This document shows positions 1 through 10,037 of a stretch of DNA of 64,000 nt, piece after piece. The stretch is from assembly GCA_025594325.1 (NCBI GenBank), contig JANHCV010000009.1:310001-374000 (forward strand). Direction: 5' to 3'. Position 1 is the first letter of the stretch; each line of letters begins with the position of its first letter. The notes beneath the pieces are model-generated. The model did not search any database. It was not told where the DNA came from and saw only the letters and a list, made by a program, of their open reading frames with translations. The translations under genes were made by a program, and so were the position numbers. Source of the DNA: Blastocladiella emersonii ATCC 22665. Taxonomy: Eukaryota > Fungi > Blastocladiomycota.

Positions 1-54
1 CGCGTCCATCTTCGATCTGTAGTTATGTACAATGTATGCAATTGCGAGCGGGCA

Positions 55-3000
55 TCACTGGAACAGCACGTTGGCGCGCTGCATCGGCGACTCGGGCGAG
101 GACTCGTCGTCATCGCTATCGCTTTCAGGCGCCTCAACGGGCGCTGCTACGACAGCCGGTGCGGGCGGAGGCGGAGCAACCACGCGCCGCCGTACCGTGA
201 CCTCGAGCCCGTCGTCCGAGTCCGAGTCCGGGTCCTCGCTGCTCGACTCGGCCACGCCACCGGGGTACAGATACGACCCGCGCGGCGGCCCTTCATCCGC
301 CGCGTCCATCCCGTCCGTCGTCGCAGCCGCGTCGTCGTCAGCGCCGTGCGGGGGAGACGTGCCGCCGCCGCCGCCACCGCCGCTGCCGAGCGAGTGGCGC
401 CGGTGCACGCTGAGCGGGCCGCCGCGCGGCGCACGGCGGCGGCGGTGACGTGGCGGGAGCGGGCGGCGGGCGACCGGGGTCACGTCCGCGTCGTCGTCCT
501 CGTCGCTCGTGGTCGGCGAGCTCGACGACGACAGCGGTTCCTCGTCCTCGCCCTCGACATCCGCTGGTACCGCCGCCGTCGTGAGAAGGCCAGGCGACGA
601 CCCGCCCGCGCCGGGCGCGGACCCAAGCTTGCCGTGCTGCAACCCGGCGATCGACGCGGACGACGACGGCGACGAGAACGTCCCCGCGGCGCGCGCCCCG
701 CCGCCGCCTCCGCTCGGCCCATGCGACGATGGCGGGGACGGCGGCGAGGGCAGCCGGTGCGCGTGCTGGCTGTGGAGGTACGCGCCCGAGAGGTGGACGG
801 CGGACTTGACGCGGAGCTGTTTCGGGCCGTGGTGCTGCTGCTGTACTGCGGCCGCGGGCGCGCCCGCCGACATGCCCCATCCGGCGGGGACGAGGCCGCG
901 GAGCGTAGCGACGGCCGAAGGCGACGGCTGCGTCGTCGTGAGCGGGCCGGCGGACGCGGGGCTCTGGTGGGCGATGCGGACGGGCTGGAGGGCGAGCGCG
1001 GGCGGCGGCGCGGTGGCGGCGGGGGTGCTGAGCGAGCGCAGGCGGCAGCGGTAGAGCATCTCGTCGAGGGCCATTTCGACCTGGAGGTGGTTCTGCATGA
1101 TGGAGATCTTGGGCCAGGTGGCGCGCTCGCCTTTGAGGGTAGCCTCGATCATAGACTTGGGGGTCGGGTTGGTCAGGATGCCGAGGTAGTCGGCGACGCC
1201 GATCTCGGGGATGATGGTGATATCGCCCATGTACCGCTGCGAGACGATGGACTGGACGCGGTACAGGAGCTCGGGGAGGAGGCCGAGCTCGCGCAGCTGG
1301 TTGCACCGGAGGTTGAACTCGGACCGCGAGAAGCTGAGGACGGCTTCGCATGCGGACCGGAGCCCCGATTTGGCGAGCGATTTCGAGAGGAAGGGCACGA
1401 CGTGCGGGTTCACCTGGCACACGATGAAGTGGTTCACGTTGAACAGCTCGCTCAGCTTCTGCATCGGCAGGTCCGACTCGACCGACCCGTCGATCCACCG
1501 GTGGCCCGACGGGTTCCACTGCACGGGGCGGCCCGACCGGTCCTTGGCGAGGAGCGGCGCCGGCTTGAAGACGTATGGCACCGAGCACGACGCGGCCACG
1601 GCCGACCAGACGTACTACGCAGCGGGGAGGCGCGGGTGGTGAGCGCGGACGTGTTATGGAGAGAGCGGGGCTCACGTACGACGTTGGGCGCGGTAATGTA
1701 GTTGAGCAGGCGCGGCATCTCGTAGACGGTCGAGGAGCTGACGGTGATGTTGAGGATGCGTCGCGTGCGGTTGAACGACTCCTACACGCGCCGAGCGCGG
1801 TCAGCGTGGCCGCGCAACGAGGGTACGGGGAGGGAAGCGTGCCTGGAAGGTGATGTCGCCGAACATGGCCTTGACCGTGTTGATGAGGGTCTCGACGTCG
1901 AACAGGACACCTGGTTGCGGGTCATAGTCAGTCATCAATCGAATGAGCAGCGGCGAGTAAGAGGGACGACGTACCGCTCTTGAGGAAGCGGTTGAGGACG
2001 TGCAGCGGGCCGTTCTCGCTCGGGTCGTCGAAAAAGTCCTACACCCCGCGCGAGTCAGCACGGCCCATGACCACGCATGAAGAAAACGCACGAGTCGAGT
2101 GTAGGCCGGGTTGAGCATGCGCTCAAACTCGTCCTCGGTGTGGGTGCAGACAAACGACGCGATGATGGACCCACCGGACGCGCCCGAGACGATGCGCGGG
2201 AGGAGCTTGGCCTCCCAGAGGGCCTTGACGACGCCGATATGGTTAAGCGCAAGCGTCGCGCCGCCGGAGAGCAGGAGCGCGGTGCGACCAAACGCCTGGC
2301 GCGAGTTGAGAAAGAACTCGGTCCGCGCGCGGGGCGAGATGGCGTCCGACTCGGCGTCGCACACGAGCTCGAGGCATTTCACGGCCTCGCCAATGTACTC
2401 CTCGATGAGGTGCTTGGTCCCGACGTGGCACTCGGCGTAGAGGAGCGGGTTGCCCATATTCGCGAGGTTGCGCGACAGGGACGTGCGCAGGAGGACGAGC
2501 AGGCGGGGCAGATCGCCGGCCTCGCGCGCGGCGCGCAGCGACGCGAGGCGGTCCTGGACCAGCTCCCAGTCGTAGTGCGGCGAGACCGGGTCGGCGCGCC
2601 ACGCCTCGCGGCCGTCGATGGCGTCGAGCGTGGCCGCGGCGGCGCTCCACTGCTCGTACGACGAGGCGGCGGAGAGCAGGTGCTCGTAGTACCCGCGCGA
2701 CCGCGGCGGGACCAGCACGCTCGCGACGGTGCCGCGCAGCCGGCCCAGGTGGTGCGCGGCCACCTCGGCGGCCATGGCGCGGGTCTCGGCGGACAGCGCG
2801 CCGATTTTCGACGCGGACGAGGACGCGGCGGCCTCGGTGGGCGCGTCGTCGGGTTCGAGCATCGCGGCGGGTTTCGCGGGGACCGGCGCGTGCAGCCCGC
2901 CGCCGGCAGCGTCGTAGGCGGGCGGCGGGGTGACGGGGCTGGGCGGGGTCACGAGGGCGGCGTGCAGGGCGGCGCGATCAAGAGCGACATCATGCTGGTG

Positions 3001-3135
3001 GTGGTACGGGTGGCGGTCGACGACGGGAGCGGCGAGCGAGGAGGGCAGGGTCGGCGAGAGCAGGTCGAAGCGCGCGACGGTCGGGGTGGCGGGGGCAGAG
3101 GCCGCGGTCGGGCGGAGGCCGAGCCCGAGGGACAT
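55..3135 (-). CDS. TGL4: Patatin-domain triacylglycerol lipase (Tgl3/4/5-SDP1 family), spliced
   Basis: ORFs 1801..3135 and 55..1599 carry LSGGATLAL (oxyanion loop), VSGASGGS (GxSxG), WIDGSVESDLP (catalytic Asp) and NHFIVCQVNPH, preceded by a DUF3336-like region (YEQWSAAAATLD...YDWELV). Short introns lie between about 1600 and 2070. Paralog assignment is approximate. Confidence 0.88.
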
Positions 3136-3547
3136 TCGGGCGGGCGTGGGGGGCGGCGGCGCGTCGGGGTGGGCGGCGGCGACGCGTGCGTGTTGGTGCG
3201 TGTAGGGCAGAGGTTGTGCGATGGGCCGGCGGTCGGTTCACTCGGCGGCGGGGTTGCAGTGCATGAGAATGGCCATCAACGGGTCGGTTTCTTTCCCGGG
3301 GAGTAGAGAGAACAAGCTTCTCCTTCCCGACAGCGCGACCGACTGATGATGAGGCTGAGCTGAGGCGCGGCGGGAGACGTCGCTCGCGCTCACGCGCCGC
3401 GGCCTGAAACGGCTTTCACGTGGCCCGCTCGCTTCCCTTCCTTCTCCCGCTTCTTCCGCTTGAAAACGGCGCCGCGTCAAGTGTCCCGCACCGCCCGCGA
3501 GACACCCTCGAAACGACGCGTTGAACAACTCGCAACACCTCCCGGCC

Positions 3548-4751
3548 ATGCGCGCCCTCGCCGTCCTCGCGCGCCAGCTCAGCCTGCTCGGCCGCGCCTC
3601 ATGCATCGACGCCCTGCGCGCGCACCCGCTGCTGCTCGCCGCCAACGATGATGGAGATGCCTCGGCGGGCCCGCACGCTCGGACGGCCGGCCGGATCCGC
3701 GCCGCCGTCGAACAGCACGACCGGATCGCGGCGGCCGTGGCTGATCTGCACGAGCTCGCTGGTTCGCCCGCGCTTCTCTCCCAACCCGCGAATGAGAGCA
3801 CTGACAGGGACCGACAAGTCTAGACACGGGCTTCTCCGAACCCGACCTGGCCGACGACGCCGCCCGCCTCCTCTCCGAGACCGACGCCGCGCTCTCCGCC
3901 ACGACCGCGCAGTGGATCCCGCACGCGTCCTCCCCCTGTCTCCTGACCGTGAGCGCAGGCGCGGGCGGCGCGGATAGCGAGGACTGGGCGCGAATGCTCG
4001 CCGACATGTACGCCGCGCACGCATCCCGCATTGGGGGAGGGGTGCGGTGGCTCGAGCAGTCGGCGCGCGCACACTCGCTCGAGGTACTCGCCGACGGCGC
4101 GACCGCGGCGTACACGGGCGAGGCCGGCGTGCACCGGCTCGTGCGCGTGAGCCCGTTCAACGCTGCGGGGAAGCGGCATACGAGTTTTGCGGCGGTCGCG
4201 GTCACGCCGCTGCTCGAAGAGGGTGAGGGCATCCGCATTGACCCGAAAGACCTCGACGTGCAGGTGTTCCGCTCGGGCGGCGCCGGCGGGCAGAGCGTCA
4301 ACACGACCGACTCGGCCGTGCGCGTCGTCCACCGGCCGTCGGGCATCACGGTCGTGTGCCAGCAGGAACGGTCGCAGCACCGCAACCGCGCTACCGCGAT
4401 GCGGATTCTTCATGCGCGGTTGCTCGAGCGCGAGCGGGCTCAGGCGTACGTTCTCTCGTTCCTCTCCTCTCGTCGCCACCGCTGACTCCCCTCAAACCCG
4501 CCCGTAGAGCGAAAGAAAAGGCCGCGCGACACGACTCGGCCGCGTCCAACGCGTTCGGCTCGCAGCTCCGCTCGTACGTGCTGCACCCGTACCACGCCGT
4601 GAAATGCCACGCGTCGGGCTACTCGACCCCGCGCGCGACGGCCGTCCTCGACGGCGGCGACGAGCTCGACCGCGTCATCGAGTCGCTACGCGTGCACCGC
4701 GCGCACCTCGCTGCCTCGGCCGCCATTGCGAATGGAACATGGGTATCATAA
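3548..4751 (+). CDS. prfB: Class I peptide chain release factor, RF2 type (probably mitochondrial)
   Basis: Exons 3548-3761, 3824-4445 and 4508-4751 with GT-AG introns. Motifs: [29 protein letters not shown] (SPF), [19 protein letters not shown] (GGQ), [13 protein letters not shown]. The Arg/Ala/Leu-rich N-terminus resembles a presequence. Confidence 0.88.
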
Positions 4752-4752
4752 T

Positions 4753-5954
4753 TCACTCCTGCATGTGCTCGAGAATCAGCCGCAGACAGTCGCCCTGCGT
4801 GATGATGTGCAGCGGGCACCCGGCGCCGTCCACGAGAAACACCTCGCGCACCCGCGTCGCGAGCAGCCCGACCACGCGCGACACGGGGTCGTCGAGATCG
4901 ACGGTCGCCGCGGGACGGCACACGGCCGCAACCGTCGCACCCGGCACGCACGCGGGGCCGGGCGTCCACGCGGGCACCACCGTTTTTTCCTTGTTGGGGT
5001 TTGGCGACTGCGTCCGCCCGCTCTTCGGCACGACCGGCCGCGCCGTCGGCGGGTGCGGCGCGACGACGGCCGCGGGCACGTCCCACGCGCCAAATACGCC
5101 GAGCTTGGGGGAACCCGTCTCGGACGCCGGGTACGTGACGGCGACGCGGTGCACGGCCCACGCCAGACACTGCGCCATGGCGGCGAAGGCGGGCGTCGCG
5201 TGGTCCACGGACCGCAGCGGCTGGTCGGCGTTTGTGCCGAAAAACTGCGCTTCGGCGAGCGTCGCGGACGCGAGCGCAGGTGGGAGGGAGGTGGAGAGGT
5301 AACGCAGTAGCTGTGTCTGCGTGACTACCTGGTACAGCGAGGTGCCCTTGTCGTCGTTGGCGTCGTCGGTGATGAGCAGGCGGTGCGCGCGGTGCGTGAC
5401 CAGCTGGCGCAGCGTCGCGCCGACGGTCGCGGAGCGCGGGACCGAGAGCGTCGGGTTGCGCGACGAGAAGTCTACACACTCGGTTGTCAGCGATCATCAC
5501 TCGGCGCTGCAGTGAGGGTGCACGTACTGACAACGTCGCCACACACCGTCCCTGTCAACACCGCGCGCACATCCCACGCACTCCCGTCGTCGCCGTACTG
5601 CTCAGAGACAAACGCCATGAGGTCCGTCACGTCCAGAAACTCAAACCCGTGCCCGTCCCCCATGGCGATGGGCAGCGACGAGATGTTGTGCCGGTTGAAG
5701 GTCTGGACGGCCAGGATCAGCGGGTCGCCGTGCGCCAGCATGCACACGGGCTGCACCGACTGCGGCGGGACGACTGCGTCGAGTCGGCGCGACAGCACGT
5801 CGCCGGCGGCGGCGGTCGTGGAGCCGGGGAGGGGCAGGAGGGGGTCGGACAGGGGGCTCGCGAGCGAGGAGGACGAGGCGCTGCCCAGGTGGTGCCGGCG
5901 CGCGAGGTCCGGGTCGTCGGTCGCGACGACGGGGGACGAGGTCTGGTTTCCCAT
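4753..5954 (-). CDS. CBS-domain protein (Sds23/AMPK-gamma-like), spliced
   Basis: Repeated CBS-like segments (DPLILAVQTFNRHNISSLPI; TLRQLVTHRAHRLLITDD; IITQGDCLRLI). The MGNQTSS start is a possible N-myristoylation signal. Confidence 0.7.
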
Positions 5955-6099
5955 GGTGTGAGTTACATGTAATGAGTGCGTGGAGAGAGCGAGGATGGAG
6001 TGCGGGCGCGGAGCCGCGGTTTTGAGGCGGCCGGAAGGAGGAAGGAAGAGGAAGAGAGAAATAAATAAATAATAAATAATAAATTGACGCGTTGCTCAT

Positions 6100-6370
6100 G
6101 CATATTTACAATCAAACAACAAAAATTGGAGGTAAAGTGCACCGGCCGACGATGCGGCCGAACGAGGGTCACCCGGCCCAGCAGGGCAAGGGCACCTCGC
6201 AGCTGAGCTGGCTTGCTACTATTCGAGCCACCGCCCCGCCGCTGACTCCTAAGCACAGCGCGTGCTCGTGGTCTTGGCAAGGGAAGCACGGACGTGCGGA
6301 CACGATGCGTGTCACACGCTCCAACCCAGCTGGTGGATGGTGAGGGGAAGGAGGGTAAGGACGGCTTGCA
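6100..6370 (-). ncRNA. Candidate Fanzor omegaRNA (scaffold plus guide); boundaries uncertain
   Basis: Immediately 3' of the Fanzor stop codon. Stem-loops at 6143-6160 (cggccg/cggccg), 6209-6230 (tggct/agcca), 6252-6266 (agcac/gtgct) and 6299-6313 (gacacg-atg-cgtgtc). The position matches known Fanzor/TnpB omegaRNAs. Confidence 0.4.
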
Positions 6371-7750
6371 CTACTCGACCGTGAGCGTGGTGCGGCGCTT
6401 GCGGTGGTAGCGGTGCTTGGGGCGGGCGGCGGGCAGCGGGTTGCCGTCCGCGTCCTTGGCCTGGTCCTCGAAGATGAGCTGCTTGATGGCGAACGAGAGG
6501 ATGTTGACGGCCGCGTTGCGGTCGCGCTGGACGCGGACGCCGCAGCGACGGCACGCGCGCGTCTGGTACACCTTCTTGTTGGTCTTGCCGAGCAGGTTGG
6601 TCTTGTCGGCCTTGGCGGCGGCGGGGTCGGCCATGGCGCACGCGGCGCACCACTTGCTCGAGAAGTTCTCGTCGACGGCGTACACGGTGACGCCGCGCGA
6701 GCGCAGCTCCTTGACCATCTCAACCACGGGGCCCTTGTCGGCCGCCGAGATCATGCCGAAGCCCGAGAAGTTGCGGCCGATGAGCACGACGTGGCCGCGC
6801 AGCGCGCGGGCGAGGTCGGCCCAGTACGCCTTGCGGCGGCCCTCGTTGGTGAACTTGGTGCTGCACACGCCGTGGCTGCAGCTCTCCTCGACCGTGGCCT
6901 CCATGTACTCGGTGGCGACCCAAGCGACCGCGCGGTGGTCGCCGGCAACGCACGAGTGCGCTGCATCGCCTGGTACGAGGCCCGCCTTGGCGCGCGACGC
7001 CTTGCGCTGCTCGCGGGCCTGGTTGGTGCCGACGTGGTGGTGGAACTCACAACTTGACAGCGACTGGAACAGCGGCCAAGTCAGGACGACGCGCGAGACC
7101 GCCGACCGAATGTACGCCTTGAGCACCTCGGACCACGGGCCGTCGCCGCCCTGCGCCGCCAAGTACGCGAGGTACTGGAGCCGCCGGAACAGGCGCGCGA
7201 GCTCAAACGGCACAACGAAGCCGGTGAGGAAGTCGCGCACGCCGGCGTCAATGACAAACATGCGCTGGCCGTAGCGGACGACAATCTTCTTCTTGTGCGA
7301 CTCGATCTTGTCACGGCCGCCCGGGATCGGGACCTGGACTGAGCCATGGGGTGCGAGCTTGTCAGCCTTGGCGAGCACCTGGTCGAGCGTGAGGCCGCCC
7401 GCGCCGTCGACCAAGACGCCCGCGAACGGCTTGTCGAACTTGCCCGTGGAGCGACGCCCTTGACGCCCGCCCGTCGTGGTGGTGGTGGTGGTGGTCTTGG
7501 TCCCGGCCTTCTTCTTGCCGGCAGCCTTCTTGACCATGTTGCCGCCAGCGCCCTCCTCGTCCTCCTCCTTGTCACCGCCGTCGCCGACCGTGTCCGCCCT
7601 TGGCCGGATGCCGCCCTTGTACAGGTACACGCGAACGACATGGCCGTCGGTCGAGATGCGGCCCTGGAACTGGTTGATGAGCGAGCCGCTGGGGCCGTGG
7701 CGCCGCAGGATGCGCGGGTCAACGAAGCCGTTGCACAGGTCGAGGAGCGC
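6371..7750 (-). CDS. Fanzor1 (TnpB/Cas12-like RNA-guided endonuclease), 5' end missing or spliced
   Basis: The frame is open from about 7765 (upstream stop at 7766-7768) to 6371. Motifs: QFQGRISTDGHVVRVYLYK, RuvC-I MFVIDAGVRDFLTG, VVLIG (Gly at the canonical TnpB Glu site), alternative RuvC-II AVDENFSSKWC, zinc finger CAAC...CRRC, RuvC-III QRDRNAAVNI, and basic NLS-like stretches. Confidence 0.9.
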   Translation of the reverse strand, partial: ALLDLCNGFVDPRILRRHGPSGSLINQFQGRISTDGHVVRVYLYKGGIRPRADTVGDGGDKEEDEEGAGGNMVKKAAGKKKAGTKTTTTTTTTGGRQGRRSTGKFDKPFAGVLVDGAGGLTLDQVLAKADKLAPHGSVQVPIPGGRDKIESHKKKIVVRYGQRMFVIDAGVRDFLTGFVVPFELARLFRRLQYLAYLAAQGGDGPWSEVLKAYIRSAVSRVVLTWPLFQSLSSCEFHHHVGTNQAREQRKASRAKAGLVPGDAAHSCVAGDHRAVAWVATEYMEATVEESCSHGVCSTKFTNEGRRKAYWADLARALRGHVVLIGRNFSGFGMISAADKGPVVEMVKELRSRGVTVYAVDENFSSKWCAACAMADPAAAKADKTNLLGKTNKKVYQTRACRRCGVRVQRDRNAAVNILSFAIKQLIFEDQAKDADGNPLPAARPKHRYHRKRRTTLTVE

Positions 7751-8927
7751 CTGTTCACTTGCAGGTCAAACACCGTCGTCACGCTCGTGCAGAACTTTGC
7801 GCGGGTGATCGCCAGCCTCTTCTTCGTCACGCTGCTGGGCGCGGACACGGCCGAGGAGGTGGTTTGCGACGGTCGACCTGCGCACATGATCCCATCCGTG
7901 CGTGCCCGTATCGCCGACGGCACGCTCTCCGCCTTCAACGAGGAGGCCGAGGCGACGGCCAAGGTGGCAGTGGAGGTCATGGCGCGCCTCAACGTGGACG
8001 GGCTCATGGCCGCCACCGGGCTGTTCGCGTGCAAGGCCACGTCCTTTGTCGCCAGTGGCATTGCTCCTGTGTTCCTCGACTTGGCTCTACTGGACCTCTA
8101 CGTGCAGCTCTGCGGCGCGCGTCTCAACCACTCGGACTCGCACCTGGGCATCCTCCTCCCGATGCAGATGGGCGGCGTGTTTGGTTGTGGCTTCCACGGA
8201 CCGGGTTGCGCAATGGGGTGTCTCGGGGTGATGTGGGCGTCGCTGCTGGCCCAGTCGAACGAGGCCGACATGCGTGCACGCCTTGCGTGCCTCATCAACC
8301 CGGGTCTCAACATTGTGCTGCTCCACGACGTTCGCGGTGCTGGTCATTTCTTTGGCGCTACCATTGACGTCCAGGTTGCCGACGGCCACATCACGTTGTG
8401 CCACATCAAGTGGTACAACCCAAGCTCGGCGACAACGACGTGTTCCTCACCAACTTTGTCGAGATCGTCGAGAACCTCGCCGGGTGCGCCGTGACGACCA
8501 GTCACTACCCGCCCAACTTCTACCCGCAGGTCGACGGCTGCGACTGCCTACTCTACGTGATGCTGTTCGCCGAGCTGATCGCGTACGAGACGGCGGCGGG
8601 TGCGCCCTACCCCTTGTCCCGCGAGGCGCCCATGTTTGGTGCCGACCTGGATGGTGCTGGAACGTGGCCGCTGCTCAAGTACGAGTGGTACTTCCGCTCA
8701 GATGCGTCGCAGGTCGCTCGCCGTCGCGCGTTTGCACACGTCCTCACTGTACGTACTCACCCATGGTCCCGCTCATTGGCCTGGTACTGGCGCGACTTAC
8801 TAGCTCCCTTTTGTTTCTCTAGCTGCTGGCCGTCGGGCTCCACGGGCGTCGGATGCAGCGCAGGCGTGGCGACGACGTTCCCGTTCCGCCCAACGCTGTC
8901 TCGCTCCTGAACCGCAAGATGGACTGA
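7751..8927 (+). pseudogene. Ulp1/C48-like (CE clan) cysteine protease; no clear 5' end, one frameshift
   Basis: GC3-rich coding on the + strand. Motifs FLDLALLDLYVQL, GHFFGATIDV (His), WYNP (third residue Asn) and YPQVDGCDCLLYVMLFAE (Gln/Cys). A 1-nt frameshift lies near 8418. Intron 8749-8822; stop at 8925-8927. Confidence 0.62.
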
Positions 8928-9203
8928 TTGCGTTGGCGCTTTGGGTGGTGGAGTTGTTTTGGATGAATGAATGCGATGTGGGATGAATGAAGAATGATTG
9001 AACTCCTGGAAGATGGGGAACACGACAGGGAACGTGGAGACAAGGTGGTTGCTCGGTCCCTCCGCTCGGTGACTCATGCACAGTGACGAAACGTGATTCA
9101 CCGCCGCGTCTTCTCACGCCCCCACTCGCCTTCCTGTCCGCACTTCGCTTGAACGACGCGTCCTCTCCGCTCTCTCCTTCCACCAACCACACACACGCAT
9201 CAA

Positions 9204-10037
9204 ATGAACACATCCGCCGAGTTCGCGAACCCGCTCGCCGGCCTCCCGCGCCTCGCCGACCCGACCTACGGCCTGCCGCCGCCCCTCGCCGCGCGCACCA
9301 CGTCGCTGTGCACCTCGTACTCCTCGGTCGCGCGGGACCTAGCGCGGCAAGTGGCGACTATGTCACACCTCGTCCGCCGCGCAACCCACACCTTACCCAA
9401 CCTCGGCCTCGTGGGCGCCGGGCACGTCGCGACGTCGATCCTCGCCGCGCTCCCGCCCGAGTTCTCCGTGCGCCAGTGCGCGCGTCTCCCGCCCGCCAAC
9501 CCCGACCCAAACCGCCAGAAGATCGGGTGCGACGTCGCGTACACGTTCCGGTGGAGCAGCGTGGCCGTCCTCGCATGCGCGCCGGCGGCGGCGCTTGGGC
9601 CGGTCCTGCAGATGTACGCGGGCGCGCTCGCCGAGTGCCGCCTCGTCATCGTCGTTGCGGCGGGGGCGGTGCCCGAAGTCGTGCGGCGTATGGTCGCGGG
9701 GACGGGGATTGGCGCGCACCTCGCGCTGCGCGTCGTGTGTGTCGCGCCGGGGACGGGGGATGTCGCCGTGGTGAGGGCGACGCTCGACGCGCTGCTCGCG
9801 TACGCGCGCGACCCGCGCGAGGAGGATGCGGGAGTGTGGCCCGGGCTCGCGGCGACGCGGCTCGCGGGGGAGCTGTTGCGGGATGTGCTAGGGATGGAGG
9901 ACGTGGGCGAGGTCAAGGCGTGGGACGTGTGGCGCGCCGCGCTCGAGTCGGACGCGTTTGCCGAGAAAGTCGCGCAGCTGATGGCGCACGTCGACCGGTT
10001 CACGCCTGCGTCCGCCGGAAGTAATACAACGCTCTAG
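9204..10037 (+). CDS. NAD(P)-binding Rossmann protein (NOXRED1/P5CR-like)
   Basis: 277-aa ORF with NLGLVGAGHVATSIL (GxGxxA dinucleotide-binding motif). Confidence 0.55.
   Translation: MNTSAEFANPLAGLPRLADPTYGLPPPLAARTTSLCTSYSSVARDLARQVATMSHLVRRATHTLPNLGLVGAGHVATSILAALPPEFSVRQCARLPPANPDPNRQKIGCDVAYTFRWSSVAVLACAPAAALGPVLQMYAGALAECRLVIVVAAGAVPEVVRRMVAGTGIGAHLALRVVCVAPGTGDVAVVRATLDALLAYARDPREEDAGVWPGLAATRLAGELLRDVLGMEDVGEVKAWDVWRAALESDAFAEKVAQLMAHVDRFTPASAGSNTTL

Larger units (their letters stand above)
6100..9080. mobile_element. Putative internally deleted Fanzor-carrying transposon relic
   Basis: A Fanzor and a divergent Ulp1-like gene sit between two core genes. No transposase or TIR was seen. 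A weak 8-bp direct repeat CTCATGCA occurs at 6095-6102 and 9073-9080. Confidence 0.4.

Noticed and set aside
3762-3823. Frame change in the RF2 gene resembling the bacterial prfB programmed +1 frameshift
   Set aside because: No CTT-TGA slippery site. A GT...CTGAC...TAG intron explains the frame change.
6059-6083. (AAAT)n-like tract as a regulatory or mobile feature
   Set aside because: Simple AT-rich intergenic low-complexity sequence.
7346-7750. N-terminal part of the 382-aa plus-strand ORF as real coding sequence
   Set aside because: It is the exact-register antisense of the Fanzor frame. Plus-strand coding signal is convincing only from about 7750, although ATG 7640 could in principle be used.
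6100-9100. Terminal inverted repeats for the Fanzor element
   Set aside because: Only a weak CAAACAAC / GTTGTTTTG resemblance, better explained by similar 3' UTR composition.
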